From: Sphingobacteriaceae bacterium
GTDB taxonomy: Bacteria; Bacteroidota; Bacteroidia; B-17B0; Aurantibacillaceae
NCBI GenBank assembly: GCA_023251775.1
Contig: JAHEYC010000003.1
Location: forward strand, 2,324 to 66,323
DNA length: 64,000 nt
Direction: 5' to 3'
Shown: piece after piece, positions 9,216 to 18,527 of the stretch
Layout of the letters: every line of letters starts with the position of its first letter
Numbering within the stretch: position 1 is the stretch's first letter
The notes under the pieces: generated by a model
What the model was told of the DNA's origin: nothing
Databases searched by the model: none
The model's input: the letters and a program-made list of their open reading frames with translations, nothing else
Translations under genes and position numbers: made by a program

Positions 9216-9884
9216 ATGTCGGTTTTAGTGAAATTTGATAATGCTACTCTTATGCAAGAGGAAAGGCCCGTGGTGTCGGGTGTTACCGTGGAGGTGAATA
9301 AGGGAGAATTTGTGTATTTGTTAGGGAAAACCGGGAGTGGAAAAAGTAGTTTCTTAAAGACCATTTATGCAGATCTTCCACTTGGCATGGGATCGGCCAC
9401 TGTAGCGGGTTTCGACCTTAATACTATTAAGCCAAAAGACATACCGTATTTGCGCCGGAAATTAGGAATTGTGTTCCAAGATTTTCAATTATTATCGGAT
9501 AGAACTGTTGGCAATAATTTGAAGTTTGTGATGAAGGCCACAGGTTGGGAAGATGAAGCAAAGATCAACGCGCGAATCAAAGAAGTGTTAAATAAAGTTG
9601 GATTAGAGAGCAAAGAGGGAAGTATGCCTCATGAATTATCGGGAGGAGAACAACAAAGAGTGAGCATTGCCAGAGCTTTGGTGAACGATCCCGAGATCAT
9701 TTTGGCCGATGAGCCCACCGGAAACTTGGATCCGGAGACCTCCGAAGAAATTTTAAAATTATTGAAAGGCATTGCCGAAAGTGGCAGAGCGGTTTTGTTT
9801 GCCACACATGATATGATGGTTTACAATAAATTCAAGAGTCGCACGCTGATGTTCGAAGGCGGGAAAGTGAATCAGTCAAATTAA
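9216..9884 (+). CDS. ftsE: cell-division ABC ATPase FtsE
   Basis: Walker A GKTGSGKSS, signature LSGGEQQRV, Walker B ILADEPTGNLD, H-loop ATHD. The ORF-track start at 9189 adds 9 unlikely residues, so I prefer the ATG at 9216 (MSVLVKFDNATL). Confidence 0.85.
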   Translation: MSVLVKFDNATLMQEERPVVSGVTVEVNKGEFVYLLGKTGSGKSSFLKTIYADLPLGMGSATVAGFDLNTIKPKDIPYLRRKLGIVFQDFQLLSDRTVGNNLKFVMKATGWEDEAKINARIKEVLNKVGLESKEGSMPHELSGGEQQRVSIARALVNDPEIILADEPTGNLDPETSEEILKLLKGIAESGRAVLFATHDMMVYNKFKSRTLMFEGGKVNQSN

Positions 9885-9912
9885 TCTGCCCTATGAAGTT
9901 GAATGAATTGCT

Positions 9913-10045
9913 TTGTCAATTCTCGATACGATTTTTGCAAGAGGCAGGCAAAAATCACTCGAATTGACAATGAGGACTGAGCGGTTCGATGTCATTTCGA
10001 GTGAAAAAATGCGCCTCTTTTCATTTTTTTGTATCGAGAAATGAC
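9913..10045. repeat. two adjacent hairpins downstream of ftsE (possible terminator or repeat element)
   Basis: Hairpin 1: TTGTCAATTC (9913-9922) pairs with GAATTGACAA (9961-9970), with an inner stem ATTTTTGC/GCAAAAAT. Hairpin 2: GTCATTTCGAGTGAAAAAATG...CATTTTTTTGTATCGAGAAATGAC (9991-10045). Confidence 0.45.
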
Positions 10046-10091
10046 AAGGATTAAAGTTTTTTGTTTCTAAAACCAAAATAAGTAAAATTAA

Positions 10092-10511
10092 TTGAAACAT
10101 TTCGTCATAATTTTTGTTTGCCTTGCAGTTTCATGCTCTCACGGCGATCGCGAAAAAGAATCACAAGAGTATTTTAAGAAAGAAATTGATGCGCGCATGG
10201 CAAAGATCAAGGAATTAAAGTTGGCAGATTCTTTGCAAGTGGATATTATGGACGTTCACAAAGAAGTAGATCGTTTTTTATTACTTTCAAAAGATATTGA
10301 GAATTTAGATGCGTCTATTAATTTATCGCGGAAGTATTTTGACGAACTCTCTCAAAAATTCAATTTTAAACGTACCGATTTTACCGATATCACAAAAACC
10401 ATGACCCTCGAAGAAATTGCCAATGCCCTTAAAGGCAACGAGCTTAACTTCTTTAATCAGGTATTGTTCAAGTATAAAGGGGCTGAGGGGTTGATGTTTA
10501 CGGCGCAGTAG
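10092..10511 (+). CDS. hypothetical lipoprotein
   Basis: 139 aa, TTG start, MKHFVIIFVCLAVSCSHGD lipobox. The rest is predicted helical and charged. Confidence 0.45.
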   Translation: MKHFVIIFVCLAVSCSHGDREKESQEYFKKEIDARMAKIKELKLADSLQVDIMDVHKEVDRFLLLSKDIENLDASINLSRKYFDELSQKFNFKRTDFTDITKTMTLEEIANALKGNELNFFNQVLFKYKGAEGLMFTAQ

Positions 10512-10605
10512 GATAATTTACCTTTCATAAAAAGGCTAATTTATACCTTAAATTATTTAAAAAAATCCCACCTATTTTCTTATTTTTACATTCTCAATTT
10601 AAACC

Positions 10606-12018
10606 TTGGTCTTTGCCAGTATAACCTTTCTAATTTATGTATTGCCGCTGTTCTTGCTGGCATATCATATCGTACCAAATAAGTACAAAAATGGATTTAT
10701 TTTGGCGTTCAGTGTTTTCTTTTATTCGTGGGGCGGACCAAAATTCATCTTCGCTATTTTAGCAACCACGTTCGTTGATTTCTTTTTGGTGAATGCCATG
10801 CATAAAGCCAAAACTAAAGGCGATAAAAAGAAATTCCTTATTCTTTCGCTGTGTATTAACCTTGGTTTATTGTTCTATTTTAAATACTGCAATTTTTTTG
10901 TGGAAAACTTCAATCAGGTATTGGGACTTGATATTCATTTCGCGAAAATTATTTTACCAATAGGAATTTCGTTCTATACCTTTGAAAGTTTAACTTATGT
11001 GGTGGATGTTTATCGCGGCATTCACAAACCATTGAAAAGTTTTTGGCAATATCAAACTTACATTTTATTATTTCCAAAATTAATTGCAGGTCCAATTGTT
11101 CGTTACCACGATATTGCCGATCAAATTACCAATCGCGAAAAAAATTATACACCCGAAGCAAAACTCAGCGGCTTTTTGATATTTAGTATTGGTTTGGCTA
11201 AAAAAGTAATTATTGCCAATACATTAGGCATGCAAGCCGATGCTGTTTTTAAATTACCTGTGGAGCAATTAGATACCGCCGCAGCTTGGGTGGGAGCATT
11301 TGCTTACACATTTCAAATTTATTTTGATTTTAGTGGTTACAGCGATATGGCTATTGGTCTTTGCAAAATAATGGGCTTTAGAATTCCCGAGAATTTTAAT
11401 AATCCTTATATCTCCACAAGCATTACTGATTTTTGGCGTCGCTGGCATATTACCTTGGGCGCATGGATGAAAAATTATTTATACATCCCTCTAGGAGGAA
11501 ACAAAGGAAGCCATACAAAATTATATCGTAATCTTTTTATTGTTTTTCTCCTCTCGGGTTTATGGCATGGTGCCAGTTGGAATTTTGTGCTATGGGGTGC
11601 TTATCATGGATTGTTTCTTGTATTAGAACGTTTGTTCTTAGGAAATGTATTTGAGAAACTGGGTAAATTTATTTCTATTCCAATTACATTCATTATTGTT
11701 GTTACAGGATGGGTTTTATTCCGCAACGATGATCTTTCGTATGCTTTTTCGGTAATGAAACAAATGTATAGTTTCAATTTTGCAGATGGTAAGTTTGCGA
11801 TGAACAATGATTTTATTGCCATGTCTGTGATCGCTTTACTTTTTTCGTGGTTTGCTATCACCAACAAAACTTTGGCTTTGCAACAACAAATTTATGGAGA
11901 GAAATTTAGTGCTAACGGAAAATGGATGTTAGTGCTTTCGAGCATTGCGCTGTTTTATATTTCATTAAGTTATGTTTCTGCATTAAATTTTAACCCCTTT
12001 ATTTATTTCAGATTTTAG
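10606..12018 (+). CDS. MBOAT-family membrane-bound O-acyltransferase (AlgI/DltB/PatA-like)
   Basis: 470 aa, polytopic. Conserved MBOAT blocks FWRRWHITLGAWMKNYLYIPLGGN and LLSGLWHGASWNFVLWG, the latter containing the catalytic His. Confidence 0.85.
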   Translation: MVFASITFLIYVLPLFLLAYHIVPNKYKNGFILAFSVFFYSWGGPKFIFAILATTFVDFFLVNAMHKAKTKGDKKKFLILSLCINLGLLFYFKYCNFFVENFNQVLGLDIHFAKIILPIGISFYTFESLTYVVDVYRGIHKPLKSFWQYQTYILLFPKLIAGPIVRYHDIADQITNREKNYTPEAKLSGFLIFSIGLAKKVIIANTLGMQADAVFKLPVEQLDTAAAWVGAFAYTFQIYFDFSGYSDMAIGLCKIMGFRIPENFNNPYISTSITDFWRRWHITLGAWMKNYLYIPLGGNKGSHTKLYRNLFIVFLLSGLWHGASWNFVLWGAYHGLFLVLERLFLGNVFEKLGKFISIPITFIIVVTGWVLFRNDDLSYAFSVMKQMYSFNFADGKFAMNNDFIAMSVIALLFSWFAITNKTLALQQQIYGEKFSANGKWMLVLSSIALFYISLSYVSALNFNPFIYFRF

Positions 12019-13361
12019 TGGCAGGTAAAAAAACATATTCGGTTCATGGGGTAGTGATCTTATTTGCACTGTTCGTGCCAATGTTGGCGTCTTACTACAA
12101 GCAAGCCACAAGGATCTCGCCTGATGAAGATCTAACATATAATAAACCAAATCTTGCAGGCTTGTTGATCTCTGATGAAAAACCAAAATGGACCACTAGA
12201 AGTTGGTTCGATGGTGGTTATCAGGAAGTGATGGATGATTATAACAATGATCATTGGGCATTTAAAGAAATTTCTGTCCGTTTGAATAACCAATTATATT
12301 ATACATGGTTCAATACCCTTCGCGTAAAAGGTTTTGTGAGTGGAAAAGAAGGATATGTGTATAGTGAAGATTATATTTTTTCGACCTATGGCGATGATAA
12401 AGTTGATGAGAATAGAGTTGTTTCCATTATGCAAAAGGCAAAAGTGCTTCAAGATACATTAAAGAAAAAAGGAATTGATCTGATGTTTGTTTACGCGCCG
12501 GGCAAAGGAGAATATTGCCATGAATTCATTGAAGATAAATACAAACATCCCGTGAAACAAACCAATCACGATCTTTATGCCAAGTACGGAAAACAATATG
12601 GCATCAATCAATTGGATCTTTACACATTATTTAATCAGTTAAAACCTGTTGCGCCATATCCTTTGTTCCCAAAATTTGGTCACCACTGGAGTTATTACGG
12701 TGAATGTGTGGCGATGGATACTATAATAAAATATATCGAGAAATTACATCACTGCGATATGCCAGATATACGCCTGGGAAAAATTGACGTGGTAGATACA
12801 GCGAGAAGTAGGGACGCAGATGTACTCAAAGGAATGAATTTGTATAAAAACCCCGAGCAAGATATGAAACTGGCGTATCCAGAATATGGTTGGGAAGATG
12901 ATTCATTAAAAAATACCACGCGTGTATTAACCTTATCGGATAGTTATTGGTATGGACCGGTTTACATGGGAATTTTAGATAATGCATTTGGGCACGGACA
13001 ATTTTGGTATTATTATAATAGGATAATTCCTAATCCAAATCCTGGACAAAAAGTAGAGGTTTGGCAATTGGATCTTAAGCAAAGTATTGAAAGTAATCAA
13101 GTGATCATGTTATTGTATTCCGATGGAAATTTATCGGCCTTTGGTAATAATTTTATTTTTGATGCTTACGAACTATATACTTCTCCAAAAACATATTATG
13201 CGCGTAAACAAAAAGAGGATCAAATACAGAATTTTGCAAAACAAATTCGCGAAACGCCTTTGTTGTTGAAAAAGTCAACTCAAAAAAGTAACGATGAACA
13301 AATTCCATTGGATAGTGCTATTAAAGTGGATGCAATGAAAATGGCGGGAATGATAAAGTAA
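12018..13361 (+). CDS. AlgX/AlgJ-like (DHHW-motif) periplasmic O-acetyltransferase partner protein
   Basis: 447 aa. GTG start shares a base with the MBOAT stop (TAGTG). N-terminal membrane anchor VVILFALFVPMLA. FGHHWSYYG resembles the D/GxHW motif of AlgJ/AlgX-type proteins usually paired with MBOATs. Confidence 0.5.
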   Translation: MAGKKTYSVHGVVILFALFVPMLASYYKQATRISPDEDLTYNKPNLAGLLISDEKPKWTTRSWFDGGYQEVMDDYNNDHWAFKEISVRLNNQLYYTWFNTLRVKGFVSGKEGYVYSEDYIFSTYGDDKVDENRVVSIMQKAKVLQDTLKKKGIDLMFVYAPGKGEYCHEFIEDKYKHPVKQTNHDLYAKYGKQYGINQLDLYTLFNQLKPVAPYPLFPKFGHHWSYYGECVAMDTIIKYIEKLHHCDMPDIRLGKIDVVDTARSRDADVLKGMNLYKNPEQDMKLAYPEYGWEDDSLKNTTRVLTLSDSYWYGPVYMGILDNAFGHGQFWYYYNRIIPNPNPGQKVEVWQLDLKQSIESNQVIMLLYSDGNLSAFGNNFIFDAYELYTSPKTYYARKQKEDQIQNFAKQIRETPLLLKKSTQKSNDEQIPLDSAIKVDAMKMAGMIK

Positions 13362-13366
13362 AGAAA

Positions 13367-15514
13367 ATGAAAAAATTAATTATTGGGTTTACCTTTTTAT
13401 CACTTTTAGTAAAAGCAGATGAAGGTATGTGGATGCCACAGCTAATTGAAGCGATGAATTTTAAGGACATGAAAAAAAATGGCTTTAAATTAACGGCGCA
13501 ACAAATTTACAGCATCAATAAAGCAAGTATGAAAGATGCGGTGGCTATTTTTGGAGGAGGATGTACTGCAGAAGCAATTTCGGATAAAGGATTGATCTTA
13601 ACGAATCATCATTGTGGTTATGGTTCTGTTGCAGGATTAAGTACAGTAGAAAAAGATTATTTAAAGAACGGTTATTGGGCAAAAAACGGAAATGAGGAAT
13701 TATGGTGCAAAGGTTTAACTGTAACCTTTATTAAACGAATAGAAGATGTTACTAAACAAGTTTTAAGTGTGATCAAGCCCACGTATTCCGAATTTCAAAA
13801 AGATTCTGCAATTCGCGCAACCATGCAGCAAATAGAAAAAAAAGCTGTTGAGAATTCAGGTTACTCTTCTTTTGTTCGTCCGTTTTACTACGGCAACGAA
13901 TATTATTTATTTGTGACCGAAGTTTTTAAAGATGTGCGTTTAGTTGGCGTTCCTCCCGAGAACATCGGAAAATTTGGTGGCGAAACCGATAATTGGGTAT
14001 GGCCTCGTCATAATCCCGATTTTAGTATGTTTAGAATTTATGCAAACAAAGAAAATAAACCCGCAGAGTATAATGCAGATAATGTCCCTTATAAACCTGC
14101 ATATTCATTTCCAATCTCAATAAAAGGTTATGAAAAAGGAGATTTTACCATGGTGTATGGATTTCCGGGGAGAACTCAAGAGTATTTGACATCATTTGCC
14201 GTGGAATTATTGATCAATGAGCAAGATCCTCGCCGTGTTTCATTGCGCGAAAAACGTTTAGCCATCTATGAAAAGGATATGAAGAAGAACGATACGCTTC
14301 GTTTAATGTACGCTGATAGATATGCGGGAATTGCCAACGCTTATAAAAAATGGTCGGGCGAAATGCAAGGATTGATCATAAATGACGCGATCAACAAAAA
14401 GAAAAAATTCGAGTTAGATCTTATTCAGTTATTAAGTGCGGATGCAACCAAACAAAATAAATGCAAGCAAATATTGGGCGACTTTAAGAAAGTGTATTTG
14501 GAATATGCACCATTGAGTAAGCAAGTGGATTATTATAATGAATGTTTGATGGGCATTGATGCTATTAGACACATTAGCAATTATCATGCTTTATTTAGTG
14601 AGCTAAAAAAGAAGCAAGCAGGCAAGGAAAATAAATTCGATCAGTTATATACTGATATGAAAAAAACAATTCCATTTAGGAATTATAACAAGGACACTGA
14701 TAAAAAATTGTGTAGCGCAATGCTAAAGGAATATGCTTCTAATATTGAAAAGGAAAGTCGGCCAATTTATTTGGATTCTTTACTAACCGCCTATAATGGT
14801 GATGTAGAAAAGATAACCGAATTCTTGTATAGCAATTCAAGTTTTATTGATAATACAAAAGCGGCGGCTATGTTAAGTGATTTTGAGAAAAGTTATGTGC
14901 TTTACGAGCGCGATCCATTTTACAAACTTACGCTCTCTATAAATTCATATTATCAAAAAGCTGTTTTGCCTCAATACAATTACGATGAAATGCAAATATT
15001 GGAATTGCAAAAGGAATATATGCAAATGCTAAAGGAAAATGTAAAGACCAAAAAATTCTATCCCGATGCGAACGGAACTTTGCGCGTAGCTTACGGAAAA
15101 GTAGATGATTATAAACCAAAAGATGGCGTTACGTATTTACATTATACAACCATCGATGGAATGGTGGATAAGAATAGTACAGGCAATCCTGATTATGAAG
15201 TGATGCCGCGCTTAATTGAATTGTATAACAAAAAAGATTACGGAATTTACGCCGACAAAAATGGAAAACTCCGCGTATCATTCATCGCGAGTAATCATAC
15301 AACTGGAGGAAATAGCGGAAGTCCCGTTTTAAATGCAAAAGGAGAATTGATCGGAACAAATTACGATCGTAATTGGGAAGGAACCATGAGTGATGTGATG
15401 TACGATGTGAATCGTTGCAGGAATATTGTGTTGGATGTTCGCTTTACGCTTTGGGTAGTTGATAAATATGCAGGAGCAGGTTATCTCTTAAATGAGATGA
15501 AGATCATCAAATAA
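13367..15514 (+). CDS. S46-family dipeptidyl-peptidase (DPP7/DPP11-like)
   Basis: 715 aa. Signal peptide followed by ADEGMWMP, which is a family hallmark. His in LTNHHCGYG. Catalytic Ser in TGGNSGSPVLN. Confidence 0.85.
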   Translation: MKKLIIGFTFLSLLVKADEGMWMPQLIEAMNFKDMKKNGFKLTAQQIYSINKASMKDAVAIFGGGCTAEAISDKGLILTNHHCGYGSVAGLSTVEKDYLKNGYWAKNGNEELWCKGLTVTFIKRIEDVTKQVLSVIKPTYSEFQKDSAIRATMQQIEKKAVENSGYSSFVRPFYYGNEYYLFVTEVFKDVRLVGVPPENIGKFGGETDNWVWPRHNPDFSMFRIYANKENKPAEYNADNVPYKPAYSFPISIKGYEKGDFTMVYGFPGRTQEYLTSFAVELLINEQDPRRVSLREKRLAIYEKDMKKNDTLRLMYADRYAGIANAYKKWSGEMQGLIINDAINKKKKFELDLIQLLSADATKQNKCKQILGDFKKVYLEYAPLSKQVDYYNECLMGIDAIRHISNYHALFSELKKKQAGKENKFDQLYTDMKKTIPFRNYNKDTDKKLCSAMLKEYASNIEKESRPIYLDSLLTAYNGDVEKITEFLYSNSSFIDNTKAAAMLSDFEKSYVLYERDPFYKLTLSINSYYQKAVLPQYNYDEMQILELQKEYMQMLKENVKTKKFYPDANGTLRVAYGKVDDYKPKDGVTYLHYTTIDGMVDKNSTGNPDYEVMPRLIELYNKKDYGIYADKNGKLRVSFIASNHTTGGNSGSPVLNAKGELIGTNYDRNWEGTMSDVMYDVNRCRNIVLDVRFTLWVVDKYAGAGYLLNEMKIIK

Positions 15515-15515
15515 A

Positions 15516-16481
15516 TTAATCCAAGAACTGTGTATACGAAAGATAAGGAATAGGAATGATCTTCGAATTAGTATTTAATTTTGTAAGATCTCCAAGATAC
15601 ATTCCATAGCATCCAAAATTCCATTGAATATTCTCATTACGGATCCATTTTAAACTTAAGCCGGTTAAATTTAAATTCACCGAACCGCGTGGATTAGAAA
15701 ATGCTTGAGGAAATAAAAAATTCTCTATATTCCATGCTGCATGTTTAGCAAAACGACTGGTATAAGCAAAATTTAAGTAATACACTGGCGTATAATCGTA
15801 TTGTTGCATGGCAGTATGCACTTGATCAAAATTCTTTATGGCCATAACTCCTGCTCCAAGGGTAAAATTGGTATTATTATCTCCCTTTGTTACTCTTGCA
15901 CCTGCTCCCATTAACGGAATTGAGTATGCACCAACCGTATTATTTGTTGGAAGAGCCCATACATAAATATTAGCACCAAAATATAGATCCTTTTGGATCT
16001 CGTACGAACATTTTACACCAATAGAGGAGGGAAGAAATAAAAGTACATTCATGGATAGACACCAATTTTCGCTCAAGGCATAATTTACATTCTCAATAAA
16101 ATAATGACACGTTGCACTTACCGATCCTTCTTCATACGGCAGAGCATTCTCAACCAACATGTAATAATTTGAATAGTAATCATCATCAAAGCGCGCAATG
16201 TTGTTCTTAATTTGTGCGTTGATAGGTTTTACTTCTTTTATATCGCTTTTATATAAACGATGCCTCAAATTACTGCGTTTGTCAAGCAAAACAAAAGCTA
16301 ATTTGGTTTCCTCAACAACTTCGCCTCTGTATTCAGATCCATACACCATTGAAATTTGGTAATACTTGCCTAATTCAAATTGTGGAGTAAAGGGACCATT
16401 ACTTAAAGTGTCTTGCGCCTTGCCGTTAAAAAAGCAAAGCGATAGGAATATTAAAATTAAATAATGAAAGTTCTTAAGCAT
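15516..16481 (-). CDS. hypothetical secreted protein, possible outer-membrane beta-barrel
   Basis: 321 aa. Signal peptide ...FFNGKAQ. Gly/aromatic-rich alternating strands in the C-terminal two thirds. Confidence 0.45.
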   Translation of the reverse strand: MLKNFHYLILIFLSLCFFNGKAQDTLSNGPFTPQFELGKYYQISMVYGSEYRGEVVEETKLAFVLLDKRSNLRHRLYKSDIKEVKPINAQIKNNIARFDDDYYSNYYMLVENALPYEEGSVSATCHYFIENVNYALSENWCLSMNVLLFLPSSIGVKCSYEIQKDLYFGANIYVWALPTNNTVGAYSIPLMGAGARVTKGDNNTNFTLGAGVMAIKNFDQVHTAMQQYDYTPVYYLNFAYTSRFAKHAAWNIENFLFPQAFSNPRGSVNLNLTGLSLKWIRNENIQWNFGCYGMYLGDLTKLNTNSKIIPIPYLSYTQFLD

Positions 16482-16517
16482 GCTTCAAAATCAAATTTAG
16501 TGAAAATTTGTGAGCTT

Positions 16518-17732
16518 TTATATAGATGAAGCACAAACGTATGCAGTGCTCCAGGCGCTTTGAAAGTTAAATCCACCGGTAATTCCATCTATATTTAACA
16601 CTTCTCCGCAAAAATAAAGGTCTTTAACCAATTTACTTTGCATGGTTTTAAAATCAATTTCTTTCAGATCAATACCGCCGGCGGTAACAAATTCCTCTTT
16701 AAATGTTGTTTTACCTTCCATTTTATAAACAGCTCTAAATAAAATTTCGCTGAGTTTATTTAATTGTTGTTTTGAAATATTAGACCAATTCATATCCGTT
16801 GGAATATCTGCTTTATCAATCAAAAATTCCCATAAACGTTTTGGTAATTCAAACAACTGCGTTTTTACCACGATCGATCGTGCAGAATTAATTTTTTGCG
16901 CATTCAGATCATCAAGGATCTCGTTCAATTTCAAATTTCCTGTCCAATTGATGAGGATATTATTCTTGTAATCTGTTTCAAAAAAATGTGGAGCGGCAAA
17001 TGCCGAGAGTTTTAGTACTGCTGGGCCGCTTAATCCCCAATGCGTTACCAAAACCGGACCTGTATAATTGAATTTGGTTTTTTCTATAGTAACAGTTGCA
17101 TTTTTTACAGCTACGCCTTGCAGTTCTTTTTTGATAGTTTCATTGGGAAGATTAATGGTGAACAAACTCGGAATAGGGGAGATGATGTTGTGACCAAGTT
17201 CTTTTAAAATTTTATATCCTTCTAATTTATTATTCCCGCCCATACTGCAAATAAGTGCATCAGCTTCAAAATTTCCCTTGCTTGTTTTTATTTGAAAGAT
17301 GTTTTCTTTAATTATTTTTTGAACTTCACATTGAGTAATGACTTCTATTTTCAATTTTTTTGCAAGATCCAAAAAGCAATTCGCAATGGTCTCACTTTTA
17401 TTACTTGCAGGGAACATTCGTCCATCGGCTTCCGTTTTTAATTCAATATGTTGTTCTTTGAACCACCGAATAGTATCTTCCACCGCAAATCTGCTAAACA
17501 CCTGCATCAATTCTTTTTCACCGCGAGGATAATTCTTTACCAATTGTTTAGTATCAAAGCAATGATGCGTTACATTGCATCGTCCGCCCCCTGAAACAAG
17601 TACTTTCGAAAGAAGTTTGGTGGTTTTTTCCAATATCTTAACCTCAGATCCGGGATTTAAAAGCTTACAATTGATCGCTGCAAAAAATCCTGCTGCCCCT
17701 CCTCCAATAACAATTATGTGTTTTGTTTTAAT
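16518..17732 (-). CDS. HI0933-like NAD(P)/FAD-dependent flavoprotein; 5' end uncertain (non-canonical start)
   Basis: Family blocks GGGRCNVTH, GRMFP, THWGLSGPAVL, FVTAGGI, LYFCGEVLNIDGITGGFNFQ. The Rossmann motif IIVIGGGAAGFFAA (17688-17717) lies upstream of the first canonical start (TTG at 17631-17633). The start listed here is the ATT at 17730-17732. Confidence 0.7.
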   Translation of the reverse strand: MKTKHIIVIGGGAAGFFAAINCKLLNPGSEVKILEKTTKLLSKVLVSGGGRCNVTHHCFDTKQLVKNYPRGEKELMQVFSRFAVEDTIRWFKEQHIELKTEADGRMFPASNKSETIANCFLDLAKKLKIEVITQCEVQKIIKENIFQIKTSKGNFEADALICSMGGNNKLEGYKILKELGHNIISPIPSLFTINLPNETIKKELQGVAVKNATVTIEKTKFNYTGPVLVTHWGLSGPAVLKLSAFAAPHFFETDYKNNILINWTGNLKLNEILDDLNAQKINSARSIVVKTQLFELPKRLWEFLIDKADIPTDMNWSNISKQQLNKLSEILFRAVYKMEGKTTFKEEFVTAGGIDLKEIDFKTMQSKLVKDLYFCGEVLNIDGITGGFNFQSAWSTAYVCASSI

Positions 17733-17786
17733 AACTTTTTTTAATTGATGCGTTATAACTTATAAATTCGTCACAAATCTAACAAA

Positions 17787-18512
17787 ATGCGCTTTATTAT
17801 AACGTTTTTATTGTTTTGCAATTTAATTCATTCGCAAACCAAGAATGTTTTGAACGATTTTTCTTTCAGTTTGCATGAGGATCTTGTAAATAAAGTTCTT
17901 TTAGCCATTGGTACAGTTTCGAGCACAAGCGATTATGAGGTGATGTTCATTCAAGGTAAATATCACTGGAAAATGGCAAATCCAAAAATTCAGATCCGTC
18001 CCGATAGTTCACATTTTACCTGTGATGCCTTTGTGGATGTTGGTCCGATAAATTACAGCACTACGGTAAATGGTGACGTGAAGATATTGTATGATAAACC
18101 AAACGATAAGATCTCGATACGGATAACACGTGCTATTTTTGAATTGTATACGGTGATCTTAGATAAAAAAGTACACATAAAAGACATTCATCTCGAAGAA
18201 AAATTTAAAGATCCCTTTTTGTTCGACGGACCAAAGTCGTACGGAACTTCGGTGGACATAAGTTTGCCCGACAGCGCAAAAAAAACCATTTACATTCAGC
18301 CTAACGATTGCGAACTCAGTATTAAGTGGCGAGAGGTTTGCGCCATTTGCGAAGTGATGGTAAGCGATAAGCCCTTCAAACCACAACAGCCAATAACTGC
18401 GCCAAAGTCCTCTTCCACCTATAAAACTACGCCTGAATCCAAAGTTTCGGCTACCGTTCAACCTAAGCCAAAACCAACCGAAACTAAAACGGTTGCACCT
18501 CAGAAAAAATAG
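17787..18512 (+). CDS. hypothetical secreted protein with Pro/Thr/Lys-rich C-terminal tail
   Basis: 241 aa. Signal peptide MRFIITFLLFCNLIHSQ. Tail KPQQPITAPKSSSTYKTTPESKVSATVQPKPKPTETKTVAPQKK. Confidence 0.5.
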   Translation: MRFIITFLLFCNLIHSQTKNVLNDFSFSLHEDLVNKVLLAIGTVSSTSDYEVMFIQGKYHWKMANPKIQIRPDSSHFTCDAFVDVGPINYSTTVNGDVKILYDKPNDKISIRITRAIFELYTVILDKKVHIKDIHLEEKFKDPFLFDGPKSYGTSVDISLPDSAKKTIYIQPNDCELSIKWREVCAICEVMVSDKPFKPQQPITAPKSSSTYKTTPESKVSATVQPKPKPTETKTVAPQKK

Positions 18513-18527
18513 TTATTTTTACGGGTA

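Noticed and set aside
9216-9884. ftsE without an adjacent ftsX as an anomaly
   Set aside because: Absence from the immediate neighbourhood says nothing about the genome. Unlinked ftsE and ftsX may well be normal here.
9978-9995. GCGGTTCGATG resembling a tRNA T-arm
   Set aside because: No acceptor or anticodon stems can be built around it. It is part of the hairpin region downstream of ftsE.
9891-10100. 69-aa minus-strand ORF
   Set aside because: It spans the paired hairpins and the start of the next gene on the other strand, and is repeat-derived.
15516-16481. The 321-aa OMP-like ORF as the missing PorP/SprF partner of the type-B adhesin
   Set aside because: It lacks the N-terminal QQDPQFSQY-type motif of PorP/SprF and lies 17 kb away on a different transcription unit.
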